From positions 694,576-758,575 of the forward strand of contig MU004236.1 in NCBI GenBank assembly GCA_010405405.1: a stretch of DNA of 64,000 nt, given 5' to 3'. The stretch comes from Microthyrium microscopicum (Eukaryota). Below the pieces are notes generated by a model. The model ran no database searches and had not been told where the DNA came from. It was given only the letters and a program-made list of their open reading frames with translations. Shown one piece after another: positions 22,942 to 34,693 of the stretch (within the stretch, counting starts at the first letter, position 1; each line of letters starts with the position of its first letter). The position numbers and the translations under genes are program-made.

Positions 22942-25379
22942 TCAGAATAGCTCATACTGCACTTCTCTGCCACCGTTGAAATAGAAGGCTGAAGCTTCTA
23001 CTCCAGACATCAGTCCTATCCGCTTTCGTTGGTTTTTCTTCGTTGTTGAGCTGGGAAACAAAACCAGTGCGTATGCTTGGCGACCCATCGGACCCCGGTA
23101 TTGCTGCGGTGTGCCATGAGGACCCTCACGAGAATATGTTCGTGAGCCAAGAGGACCAGTAGTGCAGAGAAGCAAGCATTCGAGAAAAAGAGGCTCAGTG
23201 CCAAAGTTTTCGTCCAACATATACTCTGCAACATCGTCATCGAAGTAATCAAAGTTGATCTTGCCGATTTCATACTGCCAGTATGGAGTCATGTGGCTTT
23301 TGAACCGTTTCTTTTTGAGGTCCCAAATACTAACATCATAGCAGGATCTTACATGTGGCGATCCTGGATTATCATGCTCTTCGAGATTTGACGATGAACC
23401 GGGCTTTCTCGTCCAGGTAGGCACCAGTACCATCCGTGACCTGCCACGTAGCACCAGTGGCTTGTCTTCCTGCAGCGTATCCAGAGGAGAGATATCTGCA
23501 TCAGGTCTGCTTTCGTTAATCTGGTCAGGATCCGACTGTGCGTCGTCTGATGGCTCTCCTTCAGATCGTTCTCTGAGCTTATTGACATTACCGAAATCGT
23601 CTGGCTCTGGCCAACTAAGGAGCTCAATTTCACGACTTGGTTCATCGTCTTTTGTCACTACGTTTCCCATGTAACGAATCATTTGAAGACCTGCGTAAGG
23701 GGGAAAAGTCACTGCGCCATCGTAGTAAAGCCAACTATAAGTTGGATATAAAAACAGCTGATTGTTTGAGTATAGTCTGCCATATTTGTCGGCCATCTCG
23801 GCCGCGTTCCTTTGGTGCTTCGAGTACTTGTCTGCCTTCCAAGCCAAGTCAATGTGTAAAGTCTCGGTCCATAAACCGCAGAGGTAGGTCCCACGCTCCG
23901 GTCGCTCGTAGGCATTGCGGATCGCATGAATAGCCCCGACTTTGTCGTTCAAGTCTCCTAAGGTGCGTTGAGAGTAATTTGACACTAGCCAAGGCCATGA
24001 ATCTCGAGCTGTTACAGTGTCATGCCCTAAAACTCGTTAGTGGAAGTTTTCGCAGTATCGATACAACGGTCATAGACTACTATGGGGTTTTTTTGTTCCT
24101 GACAGACCGGATGTAGGAGTCTACCTGTAACGCAAAGTGTTCAAGTGGATGACTTACCAGATGTATCCATCAGCTCCATCAGTTTTGTGTGCCAGAAATA
24201 GTCTCTCGGTGTCGGACCACCAGTGCTTAGTGTAGTTGTCTTGCATTTCCAATATGGCTGGACATTCGAGAAGAATATAATTCTTTTGGACAGCATCATC
24301 TCTTGAAAAGTCCAGCCGCGTTTATGAAGTGGTTCGTAATCCAGAGTCCACCTGTTAGGATACGATCCTCCGAGACGGCTCATTTTCATGCTCGATGGGG
24401 ACTTTCCATCATGTGAGTTTAACACATCAAAATATAAACTCGAATCTCCTGGGCGAAGGAAGTTTTGCCCACATCCTGAGGTATTACTGGCCGCAATCGT
24501 CAATTGAGCATTAGAATAAATGTATCCCATTTTCTTGATTTCTTCCTTTTTTGACAGTGTGTCGTCCTGAACGATACATAATGCATCGATCCATAAATAC
24601 GGAATCTCAAGTTTTCGACTCACAAGTATTGCATCTTGAATAGCTTTTGGCAATGTCCATACTGATATGCCTTCTGTGTGGTCCTGGAGATTGTCTAATG
24701 TTGTTGTGACCTGCTGATCCGTGGCAGAATTGCCCCAGCAATAACTCAAAGCTGTATAGCGGATATCGTCAGAGAGCAATGCGATTTCCACAAGCTGTAC
24801 TGAATGATTGGCGGTTGCATCCAGCTTCAGTAGTCTTCTAGGCATTACAGCTTGCCCATTCGATTTGACATGACAATTCTCATGCTCGGCATCGCAGATC
24901 GTAATCCAACTTTTCATGATTGAAAATGAGCTATCAGATATTGTGTCGGACAATACTGGTCGATCAGGTATGAAAGTAGCGGCCTCAGTGCCTTTCGGTA
25001 ACAAGATCAGCGCATGTATCAAAGAAGTAAAAGCCTGACACTGCTTACCTTGTTCTGCTACGATTTCGATGTAGTTCCAATCTCCAGTCTTGAAGGAGGG
25101 AGCAGTTAGTTTCAAGGTGTTCTCAACATGCGCTTTGGATGCTTTTGAAGAACCGAGAGATAGACGAATCTCAAAAGCATCAGGGTCTATTGTTCTGAAA
25201 TGATCAAGCAGTGAACTGAATATCGACCTTTTCCTCTCTCCTCTACGAAAGAACTCTGAAATCTGGTGACAGAAGGGGCAGCTACTGGATTCAAGATGCT
25301 TTCGACTGCCCCTATACACGCGTTTTGGATAATGTTGCTCCAATATCTCGCGGCAAGGCTGGCAAATGCTTGAGTTCAT
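22942..25379 (-). CDS. HET-domain protein; introns near 25020, 24140 and 24050
   Basis: PRRLL, YTALSYCWG, LPKAIQDAI..YLWIDALCIVQDD, MGYIYSNA, PLHKRGWTFQE; C-terminal part NYSQRTL..DK..AI..YLCGLW..DLAW..PTYSW. Confidence 0.9.
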
Positions 25380-26141
25380 GATGGGTTGTGGTGGCCACGT
25401 TCACATACGCTGGAGATGATGGTTTGCATACGTTTTCGAGACGATAAGCTGCTGGTAAAATCTGTCAGGCTCTTGTCAGGAGTAGCCATTGTTGATGTTA
25501 CGCAGCCGCTGAAAGCGAAAGCAGCCAATGATCCATAGCCAAGAACTCAGCCACCAAGTCTTTCGATTGTGAAGGTCGATTGCCTTGATGAGTGCCGGCA
25601 AGGCGCAACAAGAGCCGACAAGAGCCATGATCGGTTCTGCGCTCTTTGAGAGCGGTCAAGTCTAGGATTCAACAGCATTTGGCGAATGCCATATATATTC
25701 CTGAGGTCATTAGAAGCCCCCACGGCGATTACTTAAATACTTGCTTGGAGAAAGCTTGAAGTGCGCATCTCTACATCCTGAACACAACCACAAGCGGCAG
25801 GCATCACGGGCGAGACTGAACGCCTCTCTACGATTCATGCTATTGAAACGAAATGGCACATAAGCAATTGAAAGATGAAGGACAAAAGTAAGCTTCCTTA
25901 AAGAATCAAGAGATGAAGTCAAGTCCTGGCGCAATCTCATTGGTCAGCGTGCCACGCGACTTATCCCTGTCAGATCGTGAAGCTCTTTTGGCTCTCGCAT
26001 CAAAATGAATCAACCCAGTCTCAACTTCCCAGTTCCAACAACTCCATACACCATAAACATTCCAATCACCACAATCACGAACGCCAAACTTCCCCCTAAC
26101 CTCCTCTCCACCACCCTCAATCTCGACCCCCCAAACCCAAC

Positions 26142-26792
26142 ATGCAACGCCTCCCCCCTTCCCTCCGCAAACCAATCTTCTACACCACAATCTTCCTGGC
26201 AACATACACCTTCCAAACAACAATCTCCACCCACATCCTAACAATCGATCGGCTCACCGGACCCTCCATGTCCCCCGCCCTCAACCCTACGAACCGCCTT
26301 ACACACACCAGCAGCTCCGACTACCTCCTAATCTCACCCCTCCGTTTCCACGCGCCCTTCAGCTTCTCCCGCTGTATTTACACACTAGCCCGCGGAGATG
26401 TAGTATCATTTCGCAAACCACAGAACCCTGAAGAACGCGGCGTGAAGCGCGTGATAGGTTTACCGGGTGATCGGATTATAAGGAGAGGGGAGAGAAGCGA
26501 GTTTAATAAGCGGCACGCCAGGAACTTGGGGCTGGGGAAAGTTGACGGAGACGTGGTGGTGCCGGCGGGACGAGTTTGGTTGGAGGGGGATAATTGGCGG
26601 GAGAGTTTTGATAGTAATGATGTAGGGAGTGTGCCAATACAGTTGGTTGAGGGCCGGGTGTTGGGGGTTGTGTGGCCTCCGGGACGGTGGAGGTGGGGAG
26701 TGGAGGGACGAGATGAGAGGAGTGTGAGGACGAGAGTGATTCAGAGACGGGAGGAAGAGGATGATAGTGGAGAGTTGGAAGGAGGGTTTTGA
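26142..26792 (+). CDS. IMP2: Mitochondrial inner membrane protease subunit (peptidase S26, Imp2-like)
   Basis: Catalytic GPSMSPALN and VKRVIGLPGD; VWLEGDN..SFDS..GSVP..GRV..VVWPP. Imp2 versus Imp1 assignment is tentative. Confidence 0.8.
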   Translation: MQRLPPSLRKPIFYTTIFLATYTFQTTISTHILTIDRLTGPSMSPALNPTNRLTHTSSSDYLLISPLRFHAPFSFSRCIYTLARGDVVSFRKPQNPEERGVKRVIGLPGDRIIRRGERSEFNKRHARNLGLGKVDGDVVVPAGRVWLEGDNWRESFDSNDVGSVPIQLVEGRVLGVVWPPGRWRWGVEGRDERSVRTRVIQRREEEDDSGELEGGF

Positions 26793-27288
26793 TATTGTTT
26801 TTTTTTTAGATTTTTGGCATAGCGGGTTTGATTTCTATGGACTGGGAATACTGGTTGGAGCACCTATCATACATGGGTTCTTAGACATTGAGGCAAAATT
26901 TCTCGTGGCGGAGGAACTTGGAGTATTTTTATTGGGTTGGGAAATGGCTTTGATGCCCTGCATCTAGCGGAGGATAAGGATGGTCAGGATAAGTTGATAG
27001 ACTGTTCTCATCCTGAGAATACTCATCACGAAGCATGGTATTTTGAGACGTAGTCTCATTGCCATCGTTGCCAAGCGAATGAGATTCGTAAGGCGATTTC
27101 ATTGCCGATGACTCTGTATAGTTTGAGAGAACTGTCTGCTGAGAGTCGAGGTTTACAGGAGCAGTGCGTCTTTCAATATTAAACTGTTGTGCGGGAGGTA
27201 TGTCCTGGCGAGTTGAAGACGGACCTGGCCCGTGACTTGCTTCAAAACTGTTGGACGATGTATCGGTTGAGGGTTTATGGCTCGGGTG

Positions 27289-29165
27289 CTACCGAACTGT
27301 TCGCTCAATCTCTTGCACCACGCTCTGTGTCACATCTCGAGTTCCGGACGATCCACCCAAATCTCTAGTCTGCACATTGTTAGCAACAGATCAATTGTAG
27401 ATGTTAGCTCTCACGAAATGCGATAGCTGAAATCGCAACTGAGGGCAGCGTAACAACATGCTCGGGTACGAAATGAACTTACTTTAACTCCCCATTCTGT
27501 CGCATTTTCAAAGCATCTCAGCAAGTGATCTGCAGCAGTCTGTTCCCCTAGCCATCTAAGCATTTCAGCCGCAGCCCACATGGCGCCAATTGGGTTGGCT
27601 ATGCCTTTACCAGCCAGATCAGGCCGGCTGGGCATGATAGGTTCAAAAGTGCTGGGGTTCTGGCGAGTAGGATCCAAATTTGAAGAACATGCTATTCCCA
27701 AACTTCCACTCAATGTGGATGCCAAGCTCGCAATAACATCAGAATGAAGATTCGTAGCCACTATGGTATCCAGAGAATGAGGATCCATTGTCATTCTCTC
27801 GATCATAGCATCAACTTGCATCAAATCGGCTTCTACATCAGCATAATCTTTGGCTATTTCTGTAAATATGGTGTCCCCTGTAAAAATTAGGATTAGGTTA
27901 CTGCCTGATATGATGGAAACTTACAGAATACCATTCCCCATCGTTGCATATTGCTTTTGGTTACTACGGTCAGCTTTTTCCGTGGACGAGCCTTTGCAGT
28001 CTCAAAAGCAAATCGAAAGATTCGCTCAGTAGCATGCCGCGTGAAAATGGTAACCTCAGTCGCCACGCCGAACGCAGCTTTTGGATGGGTTACACCACCT
28101 TGACCAGAGTATTCTCCTTCGGAGTTTTCACCGATGACCACCCAATCAAGATCCATTCTATCGATTGTACGAAGTGGAGAAGTTATACCGCGTAAGATAC
28201 GAATTGGACGGATGTTGATGAATTGTTTGAGCTCTTGACGCATATGAACTCGCAGTCCCCATATGGAAAGATGTTCTTGTACGTCTATTAAATAAGTCAG
28301 TTACTATTTGGATGATGTCAGTTAAGGTTAGCTTACCGTTCACTCCAACAGCTCCTAGGAATATAGCATCAAACTTTTTCAATCGCTCCATGGCGTCTGG
28401 TGGCATAAATAGACCGTGTGTCTTGTATGATTCAGAGCTCCAATCAAAGGTCTCGAATTGGACCTCAAATTTTTTGGTCGCAGTTGATAGTTTCTGGATG
28501 ACGCTGACAGCGGCCTCAGTAATATCAATGCCAATGCCATCGCCAGGAATGAGAGCAATCTTATGGACCTTCATCTTTTTTCTAGCACTTGCTGGAGTCT
28601 TTTCAACCAAAGGTCCATGATTGTGGTTGGGGTGCTTGATCTTGAGATTCCAAACGCTCGAGTTAGGAGCTTTTTGAATCAAGATCTGGAACATGCAACC
28701 TGTGCTTCGACTCGTCCGCTCGCGGATTGTACCTCGTGGTTGATATTGACCATGTCGGTCGCAATGGTAATAGTATCGTGTCTTAGCTACGTCCTTACCA
28801 TCAGGCTTGGATCGCTTGAGAGACATTCCATACCCATGTTCGCGAGCAAAGGTCATCATAGCATTGATTGCTTGCTCGGAGCTCATATAGGTCAGCTCGG
28901 GAGGTGCAGGCAATGGGTGATGCGGCGGCGTAGCCACCTGGGGACTGCCTTGTTGTGCATGTTGACTTGGAAGGGAATTGGAGACCAATGGCGTAGTCTG
29001 AAGGGAGCTTGACGCGAGGGAGGATAGTTGGTTGTGATGGACAGGTGTTAGGGAGGCAGCATGGTTGTGGACGTCGTCCATGTCCAGGAACCCACTGGCT
29101 ATGCGATCATCAATGTTGCCAGAATGGTGGTGACCCGCATTCGAGATTCCAGAGGGGCCGTCCAT
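27289..29165 (-). CDS. Fusion protein: low-complexity N-terminus, FAR1/MULE-type zinc DNA-binding domain, and tartrate dehydrogenase-like (IPMDH/IDH family) domain; exons 29165-28337, 28284-27925, 27877-27483, 27369-27289
   Basis: FAREHGYGMSLKRS..YYHCDRHG..SRSTGCMF..W..HNH runs in the same exon into KIALIPGDGIG; then NIRP, ENSEGEY, TKSN, VDAM, ATNL, FEPI, GIANPIGA, TRDLGG. All three introns are gtaag(c/t)..ag. Confidence 0.85.
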
Positions 29166-29987
29166 GATGGGTAAAATAGCAAATTTGGGGGTTGTAGAGG
29201 TTTGAGTTGTTTGGATTTGCGGTGGTGGAGAAAGAGCACCGGGGGTTGGCTCTATGCCCGTTTTAGTCGTCGCCTAAAGTGCAGACTGCGATTGAGATCA
29301 CCTCAACTCTATCTTTAGTTTTTGCCTTGGATGAAATCTGTTTTGCTTGAGAATGAGCAGTTTCTCGATAATTGATGTGTTCTTGGTGATTTAAAAATTT
29401 CAAGAGATTTTATTCGTGCTTGGTTGAGAAAGGTGAATGGATGGGGGAGAATATTGAGCGTAGCAGTGCTGGGACTGGGCAACGACTATATCCGTAGAGA
29501 GGTGAAGGAAGGAAGGAGCGAGCCCCCTTTTGGTAGGGTCGACAAAGCTAGCTTACTTATCATCCTCCCCTGGGCTCCAACTAGCGCTGTTTCCGTTGTT
29601 GTTGACATCAAATTCGAAGATCTTAATGCTCGTAACAGGTATCACGATCTAGGGAGTACAAATGAGATAATTATAAGCTAGAGAGAAGATACTACGAATA
29701 TGGAATAAACAAGCTCCAGAGTAATTTTCAATTGTACAGCTCATAGGCATATCTAATGTACGCGATGTGCATTGCAACTCTTATTGTGCTTCTTATCTTC
29801 TCCACACTCGTATCCTCTAGCAGTATGTTATACAAATCTCGTTATTCGCATGGCGACTGACCATGTTAAAGTTTGCTGGTTGCCCCTTCCTACTATGATC
29901 GTCCAGGACATTGGTGGTATGCGGCCATATGTTGGCAGCTGGTCATGATTTCAGATATTTCCGTCGTCCAGGCATCTAGCCAAATAT

Positions 29988-31081
29988 TTATTGCTTGAGC
30001 TTCTCAGTCAATTCAGGCACTTTATCAAACAAGTCTCCCACCAGTCCCACATCCGCGACTTGAAATATTGGTGCCTCTGGGTCCTTATTGATGGCTGCTA
30101 TCACTTTGCTATCTTTCATACCAGCAAGATGTTGAATCGCTCCGGAGATACCTGCACAAAGGTATAATTGTGGTGCAACGTTCTTGCCAGTCTGACCAAC
30201 TTGTAAGCTGTTGTCTGCGAACCCACTGTCAACAGCTGCTCTTGATGCTCCAATGGCGGCTCCAAGTGCATCGGCCAGGGGAGGCATTATGCGATCAAAC
30301 TCCTCTTTCGATTTCAATCCACGTCCTCCAGATACTACTCGGCCAGCTGATGCCAATTCTGGGCGATCTGATTTTGTGAGGTTCTCGGTTAGCCACTCAG
30401 TTGTAGTGGCATCTTTTGGATCCACGCCTTCTTCCACGGTCGCGGTCCCTGATGTAGGCTCTGCTGCTGGAAATGCGGTTCCTCGAACGGTGATGATCTT
30501 AATGCTGTCTTGTGATTGTACCGTTAATATGGCATTTCCGGCATAAATCGGTCTTACGAATGCTACTCCAATCAGCAAATACACATCCAGACAAGCATGA
30601 ATCACATACTGTCTTCTCCCTCGATTGCAGTGATATCAGATATTCCCTGTGAGTCTAAAAGAGCGGCAACTCTTGGCATCAAGTTCTTCCCAAAGGCAGA
30701 GTGGCCCGCCAGCACATGTGTATAACCTCCTTTCTTGATGTTTTCGACCACCAAAGGAGCAAAGCTTTCTGCTAGGCCCTTATCGTAGGCTGCACTATCC
30801 ACGTATAGGATCTTCTCGATTCCCTCAACCTTAGCAGCTTCCTCTGCAACTGCCTTGGTTCCCGCGCCGGCCACAAATGCATGTATTGGACCTCCAAGCT
30901 TCTGAGCTGCAGTCACTGCCGCCAAAGATGACCCATTGAGTTTGCCATCTCTTTGTTCGAGAATCGCTAGTGACGAGAGTAACCGAGCATAGCTTGTGAA
31001 CTGTGGGGTGGCGGAGAAAAGGGAAGAGCGGAATTGAAATCGGGCCTGGCGAAGGACGGTTGTGGATCGTGTTGATAACAT
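29988..31081 (-). CDS. AIM45: Electron transfer flavoprotein alpha subunit, mitochondrial; intron ~30563-30607
   Basis: Mitochondrial presequence; [64 protein letters not shown]. Confidence 0.96.
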
Positions 31082-31542
31082 GGCTATTGAGCTGCGCGAG
31101 TGTAGAAAGCACCAAGCATGTAGAAAATAGAGAAAAATGACAACTTAATGCCCGAGGGAGAAGTAGTGGGCGGAAAAGGTACTCCACATGTCAATGTCAT
31201 CACATTTGCTAGCCGCGAGCCGCGAATAGGCGATTCAACGCACAAGCATTGATAAAGCCCTAGACCTGAATGCTCAGTGAAAGTGTGCTAGCGTGTTTCA
31301 GCTCACTTCTCCAGCTTAACGCGAATCGCGACTTGGAACTTCTCAACCACCTTTCAACACCAACCCTATCTCCAAATCATCCCGTTCTCATTTGTTGATC
31401 ACCCTGTTATCTTCGCTCCTTCGACCCTCATCTGCGTCCCACCATTTTGAACCTCTATCGACCCTCCGTCAGAGTTTGCGCCGCTTTGCGCTTTCTCCAG
31501 CCCCTTTGCGCCGCTTGATACAACAACAAGTCCATTAACATC

Positions 31543-33898
31543 ATGGCTGATGATACCGTTGGAGCCTCAACGCCTGTGCAAGGTAGGCGCAACAGCTCCT
31601 TTCGTTCAACTCCTTATAGTGTGCCCACTAGCCACTCTGTTCGCTCTGCCAGCAACACTCGCTCCACAAGCCATGCAACTCTTTCTCAGTCTCCTGCGCC
31701 TCGCCGCCGTGGAAGACCTAGAAAGGGTTCAATAGTATCGCGTCGCAAAAAGCCTGTCAAAAAACCAAAGTTCAATGGTAAAACAACATCCGGGAGATGC
31801 ACTATCTTGTCCCCATATTTCTATATTCTCTTATTTTTCTGCGTTTTAAAAAAACTTAAATACTTACTCAAGTTTTAGATGTTGATACATCCATGGCCGA
31901 CGATGCTGATGTTCCCGTAAAGAAGTCTCCCGAGGAGGGCGCTGCAATACCCGAGGAGACAGCGAATACCGGCGAACTACCCGATGCTGAGGATGCAGAG
32001 GGCGTCGCTGATGCCGTTGATGATACCGAAGCGGGCGAAAAGAAAGATGGAGAGACCGCGGACAATCCAGCTGAGCAAGCTCTCAATAAATCAGCTCTTG
32101 AGTCTGCCGCCCGTTCCCATCTTATGGAACAAGCACACACAATCATCCTTCCGAGCTACAGTACATGGTTCGATATGAATACTATTCATAGTATTGAAAA
32201 GAAAAATCTTCCAGAATGGTTCAATGGTCGGAATCGCAGCAAAACATCTGCTACGTACAAGGATACTCGAGACTTTATGATCAACACCTATCGGTTGAAT
32301 CCTGCAGAATATCTCACCTTTACAGCTTGTCGACGAAATCTTTGCGGTGATGTTTGCGCAATTATGCGTGTTCATGCTTTTCTTGAGCAATGGGGTCTGA
32401 TCAACTATCAAGTAAGTATTCATGACCTAAATCCGATGTACTTGTGTCTGACAAGAAAAAGGTCGACCCAGAAACTCGACCATCAGCCATTGGACCACCA
32501 TTCACTGGACACTTTAGACTCACGGCCGATACTCCTCGGGGCATTCAACCCCATCAACCAGCTCCAAAATCAATGATCTTGGCCGGAAAGCCGCATCCAC
32601 AAACCGAGCGACTAGCCAGCTCAACACCAGCTCCCAAATCCGAATTAACGACTCAAGTGAGACGCAATGTTTACGAATCAAATGGCAAAGATGCTACCCC
32701 ATCAGACTCGAAAGCCAAGGCCACTAATGGTGAAGCCTCGACTAATGGAACAGTCGACAAGGCACTTGAAGAGTCTCTGAAGGAGGAGATTACCAAAATT
32801 TATTGCCACGTCTGTGGTAACGACTGCACTCGGGCACGCTATCACAATTCCAAGGCCACACCCAAATACGATATCTGCCCACCATGTTTCCGTGAACACA
32901 AATTCCCCCAAAATGTCGAGTATGGCGACTTCACGGAAATGGAGAACAAGGACTATTCTATCATTCCAGATCGGGAGTCAGAATGGTCAGACGAGGATCT
33001 CCTTCTCCTTCTCGAAGGCCTTGAGATGTACGACGAGGATTGGAGTAAGATTGCAGACCATGTGGGCAGCCGCACTCGTGAGGAATGCGTTCTGAAATTC
33101 CTTCAGTTGCAGATAGAAGACGAATTTGTCGAGCCTGACCCAAGCGATGCTGAGAAGCCGGCGGTAGCCATGTCATACATGGGCGAAGGCCGCGCTCCGT
33201 TTTCTCAACTGTTCAACCCCGTTCTTTCGACCATGGCATATTTGGCTGGAATTGCTGATCCCAATGTCACTGCCGCTGCCGTTGGCAAATCTGTTCAGCA
33301 AATGCAAGAAAATATGCGAGCTCGCATTGAAAATGGTGCAACCAAGAGTCAAAAGGGCAAGGAGAAGGCTGCCGCTAGTGGCGCGACTGCAGAAGGCGAC
33401 AAGTCTAGTGATGCAATGGACATTGAGGAATCGAGCGCTGTTGTCACAAAAGACAAGAACTCACTGGCAACACATCCAATGACAACTGTCCCGTTCGCCC
33501 TTGCCTCCGCTCGCGCTTCTGCCTTGGCTTCACATGAGGAGCGAAACCTGACCCGCCTTGTACATACTGCCACCAATCTCCAGACACAAAAACTAGAGCT
33601 GAAGCTACAACAATTCTCCGAAATGGAGAACCTCCTCAAGCTCGAACGCAAAGACCTCGAGCGCCGCCGACAATCACTCTTCCTCGAACGTCTCGAGTTC
33701 CAGCGCCGCATGAAGCTCGTAGAAGAGTCATTTGAGAAGGCGCTTTCTCTTGGCCCTGACGAGGGCATGGCTGCTGTTCGCGAGACTATCAAAGGGGCTG
33801 TTAACAAGGGTAATATGACTGTTGATAAGGCACGTGGAGTCGATGAGATAGAACCTCTTGGATCTGATGATACAGGCTTCAAGCAATTCACAGTTTGA
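31543..33898 (+). CDS. RSC8: SWI/SNF-RSC core subunit Rsc8/Swi3 (SMARCC): SWIRM, ZZ-like zinc finger, SANT, coiled coil; introns 31583-31878 (or 31778-31878) and 32412-32461
   Basis: [52 protein letters not shown] (SWIRM); [50 protein letters not shown] (SANT); KLELKL. Confidence 0.93.
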
Positions 33899-34693
33899 GT
33901 AGATTAGACCATCAGGATAATGATCTTGAGAGTGTTGCGGCGAAAGACTGTTGCTGTACGATGATTGCGATTGGGTTAAAAGGGTTGGCTGGGCATTGTT
34001 TAGGCTCGCTGTAGAAGTATTACAACCAACTTGAATGTATAACTGTTTTTTGTCGTCAACGATTAATTACAATGCTTTGCATACCACATTTGGATGTTAG
34101 ACGAAAATCACACTGAGCCTCATCTGAGCCAACTACATTTCGTAACGTCCAACGCATGCAATCGGCTGTTTTGCCCCGTTTGGGGCGCAGTGGTAAGGCT
34201 GCACTTTCAGTAAGCAATCATCGATCCCGCTCCAACTAACTCCCCGTCAAACTGGTTCCACACCTTGCCAATTTCTTCCGGCTAGCCCGACCGAATGCAC
34301 GTATTTCTAGCCTTGCCTCGAAATGGGAATGCCTGTCGCACTGCTTGCATGACCAAAGAAGCCAGTTGCATGCCTACCAACAGCCCAACTTCAGTAGTGG
34401 TTGGAGCAGCGTGCATCTCCCCACCACTTGATCTGCTACTCCGCGTGAGCTCAGCCCGCGGTCCTGCGCGGTGACTTTCAGCTGGTGGAACAAGCTGGGA
34501 TGCTGTTACTGGAGAGCATGCAAACGCAACTGGTTTACCTGGGCAAAAGCTGGGCAACCTGATCTTAATGGTGTGCTACTTAAAGAGCCCAAGATAGCCT
34601 TTTAGTTCGCGCTCTATCTTAGTACTCAACTAAACTTTACTTACTCCCTCAAATCTATTGAAAACTGCCTGATATCCATTGAAGTCTATCGCA

